Part shown: in pieces, positions 1-13,910 of the stretch
Numbering within the stretch: the stretch's first letter is position 1
Layout: every line of letters starts with the position of its first letter
Origin: Eledone cirrhosa
Taxonomy: Eukaryota
DNA length: 64,000 nt
NCBI GenBank assembly: GCA_964016885.1
Contig: OZ024740.1
Span: 314,030,001-314,094,000, forward strand
Reading direction: 5' to 3'
Notes under the pieces: model-generated
The model's database searches: none
What the model saw: only the letters and a program-made list of their open reading frames with translations
Told to the model about the DNA's origin: nothing
Program-made: the position numbers and the translations under genes

Positions 1-103
1 AGGCAAAGTTAACCTTGTGGGGATTTGAACTCAGACCGGAAAGGGGCGTAACTCTATGTTGCAAAACATGGCGTCCGACCCTCTATCGATACTGCCAATC
101 CAC
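1..103 (-). mobile_element. tRNA-derived SINE family A, 5' half (continues beyond window start)
   Basis: Reverse complement of the recurrent consensus GGATTGGCAGTATCGGTAGAGGGTCGGACGCCATG...GAGTTCAAATCCC...GGTTAACTTTGCCT, with A-box and B-box-like motifs. Confidence 0.85.
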
Positions 104-265
104 AATGGTTTTAATTTAGACACAACGTCAGTACTTTTGAGAAGAGGGGAGAGTTGATGGCATTGATCCATTACTTGAGTAGTTCTTGGAAGCATAAAAG
201 GCAGCGTTGAACTGGGACGGATTTGAGAGTGCAGAGTACAGAGAGGCCTACTTTAAAGCATTCTA

Positions 266-353
266 TCTTCTTCTTCTTCTTCTTCTTCTTCTTCTTCTTC
301 TTCTTCTTCTTCTTCTTCTTCTTCTTCTTCCATTATCATTATTATTATTATTA
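266..353. repeat. (TTC)n followed by (ATT)n microsatellite
   Basis: Directly visible. Confidence 0.95.
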
Positions 354-361
354 ATGACAGT

Positions 362-500
362 GATTGGCAGTATCGGTTGAGCATCGGACAACATGCTGTG
401 CGGCATATAGTTACGTCCTTTTAGTTCTGAGTTCAAATCCCGCCGTGGTTAGCTTTACTTTTCACCCTTACGGGGTCGATAAAATAAAGTACCAGTAATG
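362..500 (+). mobile_element. SINE family A, 3'-truncated at the junction with the CRE fragment
   Basis: Matches the consensus up to ...AAATAAAGTACCAGTAATG, then switches to GC-rich CRE sequence. Confidence 0.85.
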
Positions 501-1274
501 ACCTCGTTGAGGGCAGTATGGCGTGGAATGCGACCGGCACTGTGGCGACAGGAAATCGGGTGGAGGCCGAAAGAGTCCACGGTGGAACCGCAGCAACATT
601 GGTGTGGCTGGCACATCCGGAGGCTGAGCCTCAGGGAAACGCCGATTCGCAGGCTATGGTGGTCTACCTGCGTGCCAGTGGAGAAGGAGGGCAGAGCATG
701 GAGCCAGGCACCACTGTGGGGTTTGGAGGCCGCACGAAAACAAGCAAGGCGGTGCTGGTCGAGCTGGCGCGTGAGCCTGTCTGAGGCCAGGCTGCACTGG
801 ATGGCATCCCAAGTGCGTTGGGGGGGACTTGACGTCAACAGGGGGAGAAGGAGGAGGGACGTCTACTGGGCCAAGTCCCAGCCGGTTCCCATGTATCACA
901 GGCGGCCTCACGTTCTCTGAACACAGGGTTCTGTTGTGTTTTGAAGAACCCTGCTGACGAGGACGCGGCACGAGGTTACTGACGAAAGATACGCCGGAAA
1001 AGCTAGTGAGATCGGTGACCGGAGGCCGCCATACCTGACCGGTAAAGTGGCCTGTTGCCACCCTATGTCTTCAAACTTGACGTTGTATATCCCCTTGGCT
1101 GCTGCTCGGATACAAGTATCGAGGTCAGCATGGAGCTCGGCTGCTGCTCGGATACAAGTATCGAGATGTCTGGGTGCAGCATGGAGCGCTGCGGAGTGTA
1201 TAGAGGAGCTTCGGCATGGCGAAGCAGTTCCTCAGCAGAAAGAGAGCTTGACAACTGCTCAGTTGCTCGCATGT
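497..1274 (-). mobile_element. CRE-clade non-LTR retrotransposon, post-RT segment (thumb plus Cys/His region), frameshifted
   Basis: Minus-strand translation gives QALFLLRNCFAMPKLLYTLRSAPC, WQQATLPVRYGGL, SGAWLHALPS, LRIGVSLRL, CQPHQCCCG..VDSFGLHPISC..GRIPRHTALNEVI. These motifs are typical of animal CRE-like elements. Confidence 0.85.
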
Positions 1275-3292
1275 GTGCGTGCTGAATTATGGGTCTTTCC
1301 GCTGGGAACAACCACTTGTTCCCCCCCCCCCTCCCTTTTTTTGTGTATATCCATCCATTCACTCATTCATTTACTGCCATTCTACCTTCCTGTGTCTCCC
1401 CCTCCATGTAGCCCCTTTTCGCTCTCGTTTTCCGGCATCTCCATATATATAGGTGAGCTATGCTGCCCTCTTACCAGCACCTCCCCTTCCAACCACACAC
1501 ACCAGCCACCCACCCCTGATGCCGCTCGGTGCGCCAGTCGCCGGCCCCACGCCCCATCCACCACCCCTCCAAATCGACACCTGCAGCACTTGCGGCACTA
1601 CTAACAAACGGAAGAGGGGCCGGAACTGTTTGGGGTGTGGCTGCTTCCACCACCTCACCTGCGTTGGCTTGACTCGTCGAGCTTCCAATGCCCTCGCAGC
1701 GTGGAGGTGCTGGAGCTGCCTCTTCCCCACGTCTTCCCAGCCACGGCTGTCTGGCACACCACTAGATGGGACAGCGAGCTTGCCTGACGCCCGAGCCTCG
1801 CTGGTCAACATCACCCGGCTCAGGCGGATCCGGAAGATCCCACTCAGGATCCCGTGAGTGGCACGGGTGCCGGTGGCCGATGCTCTCGCTTCCTCGATTG
1901 AGAGCGCCCTGGACTCCAATCGAGCCAGTGACTGGGAGCGGTGTTCTATTTCGCCCCACTCGCCCTCGGCCTCCCCAGCTCTGGCGCTGACCGGGGCGGC
2001 CGGTCAGCAGCAGCCTTCAAGGCCAATGTCTCGTCATTTGGGCGAGCGCCCATTCCAAGCGTGCCCAGGGACGCCACACACCCCACCCTCAGGTACCCCC
2101 TATCCTCCACCCCCGAGGCCAGCGCCAAGCGTTTGCGTGACCAGGTAAACGCAAAGCTTATCATGGGTGATGTCTTGGCCGCAGTCAGAGTTGTTGCCTC
2201 AGAGGACACTGTCCTCCAACCCACCGAGGAGATCCTGGCTGCTCTGCGGCTCAAACAACCAGAGCCACCCACTGACCTCAGACCCATACCCCCACCCGAA
2301 CCCCACCTGATCCTTGTGGCTACTGATGCAGATATCATGTCCGCTATCAGGTCCTTCCCAGCTAGCAGCTGCGGAGGTGTTGATGGTCTCCGACCAGGCC
2401 ACCTCAAGGAGTTGACATCCCCCCTCTCCGCTGAGGCCGGGCGCTGCCTTCTGAGTGCAATTGTAGCGCCTGCCAATAGGCTCATTCATGGTGCCCTCGA
2501 CCCTTACGCCCGAGGCCTCTTTTTTTCGGCCAGCCTCACCGCTCTCAGGAAGAAAGAGGGTGGCATACGCCCCATTGCTGTGGGAAATGTCTTCCGGAGG
2601 CTGGCTGCCAAGGTGATCTGCCAGTCGGTCACACATGAACTGGGTGAGGAGTTTAGTCCGGTGCAACAGGGTGTCGGCGTGTCCGGTGGCTGTGAGGGAG
2701 CCTCTCATGCAATCAGGCAGTTCTTCAGCAGCTGCCCATCGGTACAGGCATCCAGGGACTCCAGGCACCTCATTGTCAAGCTTGACATGAGGAATGCCTT
2801 TAACTCTTTACGTCGGGATCATCTGCTCGAGGCCTGCCTCTGCCTACCCGCTGGCCTACCTGTCATATGGAGCCCCGAGCATGCTCCTAGCTGCTGTACG
2901 GTCATACCCTCGGCTACTGGGGTCCAACAGGGCGACCCTTTGGGACCCCCTTCTGTTCGCCCTTTGTATTGACCACATCGCCCGGAGTATCACGGCCCCT
3001 CTCAACGTTTGGTATCTGGATGATGCCACGTTGGGCGGGCCCGTACGGACGGTATGCCAAGACCTTCAATCCTGTCCGACGGGAATCGGCATCCAGGTTA
3101 ACTCGGCCAAGTCGGAGGTGGTGAACGTCAGCCTCGATGCTGTGAGCTTTGCAGCCTCCGTCTTGGACGTGCGGTCCATTCTCCACCAGGTTCAGGTGAC
3201 CCTCAAAGAGGATGTCCTCATCCTCGGGTCACCGATCCACCCGCTGGCCATCCGCTCCACCATCAGGTACAGGCTTCAACAGCTCCAGACAT
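1275..3292 (+). mobile_element. CRE-clade non-LTR retrotransposon, 5' segment (UTR, PHD finger, reverse transcriptase), pseudogenised
   Basis: C4HC3 motif at 1582-1719. RT motifs LTALRKKEGGIRPIAVGNVFRRLAAK, VKLDMRNAFNSLRRD, GVQQGDPLGP and WYLDDATLGG are spread over several frames with stops and frameshifts. Confidence 0.88.
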
Positions 3293-3474
3293 AGACGATT
3301 GTATCTTGACATATCCTATTACAGACTAATAATCACTTATAGGGGAAGAATTAAGGCCAACTGATATCATAAGCACAGCGCAACAATGGCCGTATTTCAA
3401 CGCCTCCATTGTCTAATTCACAAGTCATTAAGACATAAGTCATTATGAAAATATATTTGAAATCTTAGTACTTT

Positions 3475-3486
3475 ATGTATATATAC

Positions 3487-3536
<50 letters not shown>

Positions 3537-3668
3537 ATATATATGTGTGTGTGTGTGCGTGTGTGTAATATGACGTTGAGTGCTAGAAGTGGATTGCATC
3601 TTTATATACCGTATGTATGTATATATATATGTATATATAATGTATGTATATATATGTATATGTGTATA

Positions 3669-3730
<62 letters not shown>

Positions 3731-4011
3731 CAGAGAGAGAGATTGATAGATAGATGGAAATGGTGAAGGAATGGAAACCTTTCCCTAGTCTCAATGGTTT
3801 ATTTTACGACATCGTATTGGATATGTAGGTAAAGCCAAACATAAAACAAATCGCTAAATAAACATAACCAGTGGAGGAAGTAAACCCAACAGGCTGCTTC
3901 ATATTTTGGGAAGTCTATTGCTTTTCTAACACTTGCACATATATACATGCGTGCTTCTGCGCAAACACATATAAGTGTCCGCATGCGTTCCTGTGCGCTC
4001 GCGTGTGTGTA

Positions 4012-4062
<51 letters not shown>

Positions 4063-4131
4063 ATTTATATGTGTGTGTGTGTGTATTTATATGTGTGTGT
4101 GTGTGTATTTATATGTGTGTGTGTGTGTATT

Positions 4132-4162
<31 letters not shown>

Positions 4163-4365
4163 TTATATGTGTGTGTGTGTGTGTGTATTTATGTGTGTGT
4201 GTGTGTATTTATGTGTGTGTGTGTATTTATATGTATGTGTGTGTGTGTGTATTTATATGTATGTGTGTGTGTGTGTATTTATATGTATGTGTGTGTCTAT
4301 ATATATATATATGTGTGTGTGTATGTGTATATATAAGCGTGCTTCAGCGCAAAGACAAATAAGTG

Positions 4366-4444
<79 letters not shown>

Positions 4445-4470
4445 GCGTGGGTGTGCTTATATGTATACAT
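3475..4470. repeat. Compound (TA)n/(TG)n microsatellites
   Basis: Directly visible. Confidence 0.9.
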
Positions 4471-4969
4471 AGTCTACTGATCAAGAACAGAGTTGAATTT
4501 GGAAAGTTACTCTATTTGGATACACAAGCAATTTCTTTTTAAATTTTATCCATGAAAGGTTTCATTCACTCCGTTTTTTAAGGGTGTTTCTTTCGTTACA
4601 GAACTCTCCCATGAGATTGAGGATTTGGGTGTGTGATGGTGAACTATAATGGGCGTGGGAGTATGTTTTGAATTGTGTATTTATTGCTAATATGACGAAT
4701 ATATATAAATACACACCCATCATTGCTATGTATATACCTATGTATATGCACTGGTGTGTGTATATACTGGTATGTGGAGAATAACTGTAAACCTTTTTTT
4801 TCTGATTTAGTTAAAATATTTTCTTTAAGTTAACCAATATTTCGAAACCCTATACCAAGATACTTTATGCCGACATGAGATATTATTACGACTTTTCCGT
4901 ATTTTATTGACTTTTGACATTACTCGTGATATAAACAAAGTAACGTTACTGCTTAGTCCCTCCTTTGGT

Positions 4970-5932
4970 GACCTTGTGGCAAACACTGAAATCGGTAGAG
5001 TGTCGGACAACATGTTTTGCAGCATATAGTTACGTTGCTGATTTCAAATCCTTCCGAAATTAGCTTTACCTTTTATCCTTATGGGGTCGATAGAATAAAG
5101 TTCCAGAACGCACTGGGGCCAATTTAATCGACTTCCCCTCCTCAAATATTTATTGACTTTGTGCCTAAATAAGAAACCATGAAAGGCGGAAGATTGGCAG
5201 TATTGGTAAAGCGTCGGATACCATGATTCGTAGTATAGAGTTACGTCCCTTTACGTTCTGATTTCAATTCCGGCTGGGGTTAGCTTTGCCTTTCATCCTT
5301 ACGAGGTCGATAAATATAGTACCAGTAATGCACTGGGATAATTGCTGGCTTTGTGCCAAAAGTAGAAACAATTATTATTATTATTATTATTATTATAATA
5401 CTCGCTAGGATATTCATTTAAGTCTAGTCATAAAGGTACAAGGTGCTTACAGGTGACTGGGAGGAGTCGAACACTCTCCCCATAAAGGTACAAGGTGCTT
5501 ACAGGTGACTGGGGAGGTGTCGAACAATCTCCTCATAAACAAAACCGTCACTAAGGAATCAAACCAACGCCAGTGCTAATATGGCCAAGACGGCAGATTG
5601 GTAGTATCGGTAGAGCGTCGGACAACATGCTTTGCGGTCTGAATTCAAATCCTGCCGAGGTTAACTTTGCCTTTCATCCTTACGGGTCGATAAAATAACG
5701 TACCAGTAACATACTGGGATAAGTGCTGACCTTGTGCTAAAAGTAGAAACAATTATATATACCATAGAGTTACGGCCCTTTACTTTCTCAGTTCAAATCT
5801 TGTCGAGGTTAGCTTTGCCTTTCATCCTTACGGGGTCGTCGAAATAAAGTACCAGTAAGCATTGAGGTCGATTTAATAGACTTTCCTCTTTCCATCAAAT
5901 TGCTGGCCTTGTGCCTAAATTAGAAACTATTA
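4970..5932 (+). mobile_element. Cluster of four SINE family A copies (about 4970-5180, 5184-5375, 5589-5755, 5760-5932)
   Basis: Each carries GCCTTTCATCCTTACGGGGTCGATAAAATAAAGTACCAGT and the tail GCTGGCCTTGTGCC..AAGTAGAAAC. Confidence 0.85.
5429..5539. repeat. Tandem duplication of an approximately 53-bp unit
   Basis: CATAAAGGTACAAGGTGCTTACAGGTGACTGGG..G.GTCGAACA.TCTCC occurs twice in tandem. Confidence 0.85.
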
Positions 5933-6862
5933 TATATGCCAGAGGCACAGAATCACGCAAACTTTCTAAATTTATTGCTATTAAACTATCTCTAAATTAA
6001 GATCCACACAGCTGTCACCCAGAATCGAAGCAGCTAGAATAGTCACAAATGTTATCTATGTGAAAATCCCAGGTAACAGTCTTTCTGTAATGCTGCTTAT
6101 CCTAGCAATGAATCGTTTAATTGTATAATTACGTGCTTCAAGACTCAGAAGATAATAAAATTTGTCTCCCAAACAGTTTTAATGAGTTTAAATTGAGTTC
6201 AGGTACTATTTGTGGAACCGAGAGCCTTTTATACAATTTGGTCTGTACAGTTGCTCTTCTCCTGTCAAGGACAAAGTTGATTAATTCAATTCCAGTACTT
6301 GATGGTACTTTATTTCATAGAACCGGGAAGGACGAAAGGCAAAGTTGACCTTTTTCTAGACGAGAAATGTATTAACTTTTTATACCATGTTGTGTGGTAA
6401 ATATATATATATATATATATGTATATACTAGGTCTGGACATAATCGAATCCAATTCTCATTGTCACTGCCTCCGTCTCTCTCGCTCTCCCCATATCTCAC
6501 TATTATAAGCAAATGGGGACCCACGCGCTGTCTTCTCAACGGCCCCGATTTGAATTTAGAACAAATACTGCAATAGCATTTTATCCGAGGCTCTAAGAAT
6601 TCTACCAATCCACCACCCTTATGGATGACAAATATCAATATCGATAACATATAAATTATTACTAATAATAGATTCAGCAAACTTGGAATCGAGGAGGTGA
6701 TGCTATATGTAAATCTAGAGTAACAAGTGAATATTTCAGCAGACTTCGGAAAGAATGGAAGTCAATGATTTCATCTTTCTACAAGAGCCCTTAAAATATT
6801 GCTTTCACACAATCAGTGCTATCACCGAGTCAAGGAATGTCCTGCTATGAAAAAAATAGCTA

Positions 6863-7324
6863 CGAGGGTTCATAGACTGATAATTTCATAGGCTGCCCAA
6901 GACACTCTCATGGAATGACCAAATGAGGTTTATTTTTTAATATAGTCCCTGAAAAGAAACAATAACAATGCAGTTACTAATAAGAAGAGTTGAAATTAAT
7001 GCATGCAAGATTTCACAGCTCAAGCATTACTCCTTCATGGGCTGACCAAATTACTCTCATAGAGTGAACGAAACAATGCAATTATTAATAAGAAGTGTTG
7101 AATTTAATGCATACAAGATTTCACTGCTCTAACATCACCCCTTCATAACCTGACCAAGATATTTTCAAAGAATGACCAAATGAGGTTTATTTTTCAATAT
7201 AGTCACCAGGAAAAAAAAACAATGCAGTTATTAATAAGAAAAGTTGAAATTAATGCATGTAAGATTTCACAGCTCTAGCATCACCCCTTTATAATCAGCC
7301 TATGAACTCATCAACTAACCCTCG
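6863..7324. mobile_element. Tc1/mariner-type MITE with internal tandem repeats of about 130-140 bp
   Basis: TA-CGAGGGTT...TTCATAGG at the left end and CCTATGAA...AACCCTCG-TA at the right end (TIRs with TA target duplication). About three internal units CTGACCAAGA...GCATGCAAGATTTCACAGCTC. Confidence 0.75.
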
Positions 7325-7479
7325 TATTACATTCTGAATATCCCTACTGAATTATTTATTCATTGAATTATAGTGTAAGTCGTTGATTATTCCACTAACC
7401 CCAGTACATTTAACATTATAGAATCAATGTGGCACTGTGTGATATTGCTGGACATCGGAAATACAAGAACAGTCTATCA

Positions 7480-7789
<310 letters not shown>

Positions 7790-9936
7790 TTATATTTACC
7801 TACCCACGCACTCTTCACCCTGGGGCTGCTCTATATTACCCAGGTAATAGAAATAATAAGTAAAATGCAGATATAATGATTTCCGACATTAACTTTAGTA
7901 TGACTGTGACAGATATTAATGAGTTCAGCAGACTGACGCCTATCTTCAGAATACTCTCGGTATATTCAGTTAACCTTTCACATCATTACAACATTGACTC
8001 TTCTCGGTCCATTCCTTCTGGGGCTGTCATTTCTTCGTGGCACTAAAGGCTAGATGCACTGAGAAAAATTTCAGATACGTGTTCAGCTGTAGAGATGGTA
8101 GTGAGGGGCTAGATGGATGGGATGATGGTAATAAAATGGAAGAAGAAGAGTAAAGAAGAAAAAAAATGTATTTAACGTTGCACCAATAAGGCAACGATCA
8201 TCATCAGCATCAACAACAAAAATGCATTAAATTCTGCAGAGAAAAAATAACAATAGTTGTTTATAGCATAAACATGAAACCTAAGATTGTAGAAGAGTTC
8301 AGAAAACAGAACATTGTGGTGTTCAAGCTTTTCCACGACGCAATAAGAACCTAAGGAAAAGTAAACAATTTCAATTAGGAACTGCTTCAAACAGAACAAT
8401 ATACATGGTTTCTTTACATTTGCCATGAAACCAAAATTTACGAAACATTCCTTTCTGAATCATCAGGGACTACATGACCAGTTGTCATCCCCGTAACGCT
8501 AACGTTGGTGACACCCTCCAGAATGTTCGGTTATTTACCGTAAGTAGTGTTTTCTTTGTGATGAATTGAACCCAACGAGCCATTCGTAAATCTATAGAGC
8601 TTCCAGCAGTGAACTATACCCCTCTATATAACCTAGATACTGAGGAACCGGGCATTGGAAGGCTATTTTGATTAATAAGTATCTCAGTTGCTGAACGGTA
8701 TTAGAAAGCCACTTCTCTTCGCGATCTCTTCCAAGAATATTACTAATACTTACTTTTCCATCCTACTCCGATTAAAGAAGATATAATTATGTAGAGATAT
8801 TTAAACTAAAATCAAATACCAAACTTCATAGAATAATCCAGTGCAATTTTCTACAAACTTTTTTACCTCCGATATACTTCTAATTGCTAATACGTTAGCA
8901 ATTAAGAGAACCTTTCATCTTAGGACTGTTGAATCAAGACTACTTTTGATCTAAACAACAACTTAATATAGGGATACAGCCTGGGTTTATTTTTATAACT
9001 TTGTTAGTGGGGTATTTTTGCTGTTCAGAATTTCTTTAAAAGTATTAACTTGGCAAATTCAGCGAAGTGAATCCAGCAGATGATCAAATTGGGCTGTGAA
9101 TACACTCTTTCCCACACTATTCCCTGCGAGATAAAATTATTGCTGATCCTATCTTTATTAATAAAGACTCAACGTATTAGTGCAGAGCAGGAAATGTAAG
9201 AAAGTTGAAGAGCGCTCCTTCTCCGTAACGGAGGAAGAAAAGGCGAAACTGAACTTGATAGATTTTGACAATACAGTGTACAATGGTTACAAACATTTTT
9301 TATATCTATGACGTACTTTGTTTATTTTATTCTATAAATATAAATAGTTTAAACTACAGAAAATATTAAGTACTTGTTTCTTTATTCAATAAATGAAGCA
9401 TAGTTATCCACGAGAAACACGAGCTTAATAGGTTTTTTGCAACGTTCTCTATATTTGGACGTATTTCAGATAAACATAGCTCATTTCTTTTTCAATGGAA
9501 TGAAGTCTCCTGTTTTTTCTTTCGTTTTGTGCCTTCATTTCTTTTTAGCATTTAATGTCCATGGTATTTAGGTGAAACATGTCTCCATTCGACAATCATT
9601 TTTTTTCCCCCACAAAACATACAATTCAAGAAAAAATCATTATTAATATAATTGATGCAATATTAGCGATTGAATTTTACCTTCACCTTATTAACATTGA
9701 TCTTCATTGCTTTTAAAGAACTTTTCCTTTCAGATTCGCCATCGTTGCTTCTAAATAAGCTTAATCATTTTTATTGGTAATACAATTGCACTCAAATGTC
9801 TGTAAATTAATTGTTAAAAAAGGAACACAATTATCTCCGTCTAAATTTAGTTTGGATAACACGTTTACAGTTATATTTTGGTATTATATTAAGACATCGT
9901 ATTTTAAAATTTCACTTTGCATTTCTTTCATTTTTA

Positions 9937-10121
9937 GAATTGGCAGTATCAGTAGAGGGTCGGACGCCATGCTTTGACGCATAGAGTTACGCCCCTTTCC
10001 ATTCTGAGTTCAAATCCCGCCGATTTTAACTTTGCCTTTCATCCTTACGGGGTCGATAAAATAAAGTACCAGTAATGCACTGGGTAATTGCTGGCCTTGT
10101 GCCAAAAGTAAAAACAATTAT
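9937..10121 (+). mobile_element. SINE family A, near full length, followed by a decayed copy to about 10310
   Basis: Close match to the consensus. Confidence 0.9.
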
Positions 10122-11232
10122 TTCATCAGAAGAATCGTCAGAGTGTCGTGTTTATGTGGGTTCTTTACATTCTAAGTTCAAATGCTATAGAGGTCGTCAA
10201 CTTTATGTTTCATCTTTCAAGATCAATAAAATTCATACCAATCAAGTATTGAGGTCGATATAATCAGCTGACCTTCTCTCAAATTTATTCTCTTGTTTCT
10301 ATGCTAGATACTTGTTTCGTCAAGATTAAGAAAGCTGCGGTAGATTGATCTGGCTGCGGACTATCAAAGTTAGCTTAACCTACTTTTGTTGCAATTTCGG
10401 CATTTGGGAAGCGTTCAGAGGCTTCATCTCAGTCTATTCACTGTACAGAACGTCGTCGGTTGTTGCATAAGATTCACATTTCATCGGACGTCACAATACG
10501 ATCAAGAAATGGATCATATTTGTAGCACAAAAGAAACAAAGAACAGACTTAATAATAGCGATTTTTCTGGTTTTCGTTCAATTCGTGTTTCACCTTGTGA
10601 CACGGCAGTATGTCGCAATACACCATTTAATACTGATATAGAAAGACTATACAGAAAAACTGTTTATTACAGTTCTCAACAAACACTTTGCACTATACCA
10701 CACTTAAACCAATGAGAAACCCTCTGCTTAGTTTCTCTATCTGTTAGAAATAGCAACTACGTCCTCCTTTAATCAAACTTTACCGCCTTAAAGAAGGAAT
10801 CATATGTCTAACAGAAAAGAAAAATATGATTTGATTATGATAATCATAGCTGAAATTCCCAGGGCTGGCCTATGGTTAAACTGCAAGAATAACAACTATA
10901 CTGTGCTTACCAACAGAAATGATAATGACGGGAAGACAAGCAACAGTAGCAGCGACGTGAGACGGCCATCCCGTGAAGCAACGACAATAAATAATACGTA
11001 AACAAGAAGAAATTGTTCGCAAGCTAACGTCGTTACTATTTTCCCTGTTTATGTGTTCAAACATTCGCTACTAAACTATTAATGTTAATGTCATTAGTCT
11101 GATTTTAAGCCGCCTTCCAGAACTCGTGTCCGTCATTCTTTAATAGTTATTACTCAACTTCGAAACAGAAGAAACACATCATTGAAATACAAGAAAATTA
11201 ATATAATACTTGCCTGGGTGTGTGTTTGTATG

Positions 11233-11320
<88 letters not shown>

Positions 11321-11924
11321 GATTGTAGCTTAAAGCATGAGCTAAAAAGGGTTGTTCAATGGGACTAAATTCAGAGTCATTGTAGCAAATACTGCGACTA
11401 TGACTAGTGGGGACTAAGCGGGCATTTCAGTGTTAACCAATCTTAGGTCTTATGTGAAACATTTTAGGCTGGAAATTAGGTACCAACACCGTTATTTATT
11501 CTTGTCAAGTCTATATGCTATTTTTGGAATGAGTCATTAGTAGAAATGAGAATTGAATTCTTTGTCACAAGTTTTAGTGCCAACAACATTGGCTTCGTTG
11601 TGGTGATAGACATGCCTAACTACTAAGAGTGGATCTCCATCCAGGAAAGGTCCGGTTAAGATGCGAACAACAGTTCATTATGAGCTGATAAACAATAATC
11701 ATTAAACGATATGTGATGTTTTCTGGCAACAACTTTGGCGATAAGAGGCCAGTATTGAAACGACTTCGCCACTAAATCTAAGGTCGCGCATACATGTTAA
11801 GTGTAGAAATTTTTAGATATACATGGCGACATCAATAGGCCTGTTTTTTCTCAAAGAAATTTAATTTCGTTTCTGCCACTGCTCACTCTCCTCTAACTAT
11901 CTATTTCTATTTTAATTTCCCATT

Positions 11925-11965
11925 CTATTTTCTGATGGAGGATTAACATCTGAAACGTTAAGACT
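11925..11965 (+). ncRNA. Degenerate hammerhead-like motif in a pLTR-like insert next to (TA)n
   Basis: CTGATGG-AGGATTAACATCT-GAAACGTTA, one mismatch in the CUGANGA core. Confidence 0.45.
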
Positions 11966-12114
11966 CTTTTCCTACTATATCAAGCGTAAAACTAATATAT
12001 TTCTACATAGTACTCGTTTGCTTCTAAAGCTATGTTCACAGCTATTTTCCTGCGTTCGATATTTTCTACATTTCCAATCATTTCAATGTTTATTTACAAT
12101 ATATATATATATAT

Positions 12115-12179
<65 letters not shown>

Positions 12180-12180
12180 C

Positions 12181-12299
<119 letters not shown>

Positions 12300-12476
12300 T
12301 ACGATATATTATATATGTGTGTTTGTATATATTATATATAATTACGCCTTACACCGTCATTTTATAAATGATCGGATATTATTACCTATTATATTGTACT
12401 TTTACTTTTATTTTTATTTTTATTTTATTTTAATCCTCCATCCTATTGGACTGTTTTACCTTTATCTTTATTATTC

Positions 12477-12555
12477 CTGATGAGGCGATAAGTGAAAGCA
12501 ATTAATTAATCAAAATTATCGATTATGGATTGCATCTCATTACTGAAACGTGCTT
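12477..12555 (+). ncRNA. Hammerhead-like motif with a long imperfect stem II, in an insert between (TA)n tracts (about 12340-12750)
   Basis: CTGATGA at 12477 and GAAAC near 12545, with partial GCAAT/ATTGC pairing between them. Stems I and III are poor. Confidence 0.35.
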
Positions 12556-12758
12556 AGAATGAGAAAGCCTGTTTGGTTTACCTATAAATATTTAATGTTC
12601 TGTGATACCGGTTATTTCCCCATCTTTTAGATCTTACCTCCTGGATCTTACCTTGAATATATTTGGTCCGTGTGATTAATAAACATTACAACATATTGAG
12701 CTTCCCAAAATCTTGTTTAGTCGAAACTAAGTGGTTATCACCATTTGTTATTATTTGT

Positions 12759-12807
<49 letters not shown>

Positions 12808-13876
12808 ACCTATTTGTTTAAACACGATACTTTATCCAGGATGACTCTTGAAAAAAGAACTCAGATCTGCACGAGAAAAGGAATGTATATGCAGAGGTTA
12901 TTAAATTTGATGAATATAACATTGTATCGTAGGTCAACGAGAGAACCTCTGAGGGAACCTCGACATGCTCAAAATCTCCTTCAAATCATACACTAACGTC
13001 TTTAAAAAACTGATTAAGAAAACTTTGAATAATGAAGTCGTAACTTAGTTATACCCTCACAAATGACCAGATGGCCAAAGCCTGAACGTCGTTTGTCATG
13101 AGCCTGCTTAATGAGAGTTAAATTTAGGTTAAAAACAACATACAATAAAATTTTAGAATTTTATGGACCGTTTCTGTGATATATTACATATAAAGCCATG
13201 ATGTAAAACAATATTATATTTATATGCTGGCCATTTCTTTTATTCAGTGATTTGTAGATGTATTTTTACAGCTAGATGTAATTCTTAACATCAAATTATT
13301 AAAGCTAACACTGGAGTTAATATATTTAAGGGGTTATCTTTTGATTTCAAATTTACTTCATCCTTTTAATGTGTTTTACTGATATACTTACCGACATTTA
13401 TTGTGAAGAAGCTCTTTAAATCCTCGTTGAGAAGCTGTCAGCTTATGTATGAGTTATTAATATAGCGAATACTATTAAATATTAAGCCTAAGTTTCTCAT
13501 CAGAGCTACTTCCGGGTTAGATATGTGGCCACACATTAAAAAATATGTATCTAGAAATGATTAGGTGTAGATATTGTATGAATATCAATTATATTCTCAT
13601 GTAACATTAGATATTCATTTCTAGTGAAGTCTGTACTGCTGTTCTTTAGACTAGAAACATAATTTTCTGTCTTTCTCTGCCTAAGGACACCGTTCAGGGT
13701 CAATACTATAATAATCCAAAAAGAATTGAATACGAAATAGTTTGAGAATGTTTGTCACAGAGCCGTTGCTATACAATTTCAAGGCTTTGTACTGTCATGA
13801 ACTTTAATGCTCTGTTCATTTTAGTCTTACCTGAAACAACCATGAACAGATTGACTGAACCAAAGACATACACTCC

Positions 13877-13910
<34 letters not shown>

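Noticed and set aside
3465-4472. ORFs rich in YI, CV, HT or RE here and at 12018-12367, 17758-18253, 19518-19942, 54127-55367 and 61264-63926
   Set aside because: Translations of dinucleotide microsatellites, not genes
8360-8472. Minus-strand CTGATGA followed by a branched hairpin and GAAA
   Set aside because: No convincing stem I or stem III and no TA flank
9937-10030. tRNA gene call for SINE heads
   Set aside because: A and B boxes are present, but no full cloverleaf is evident and they continue into the SINE body
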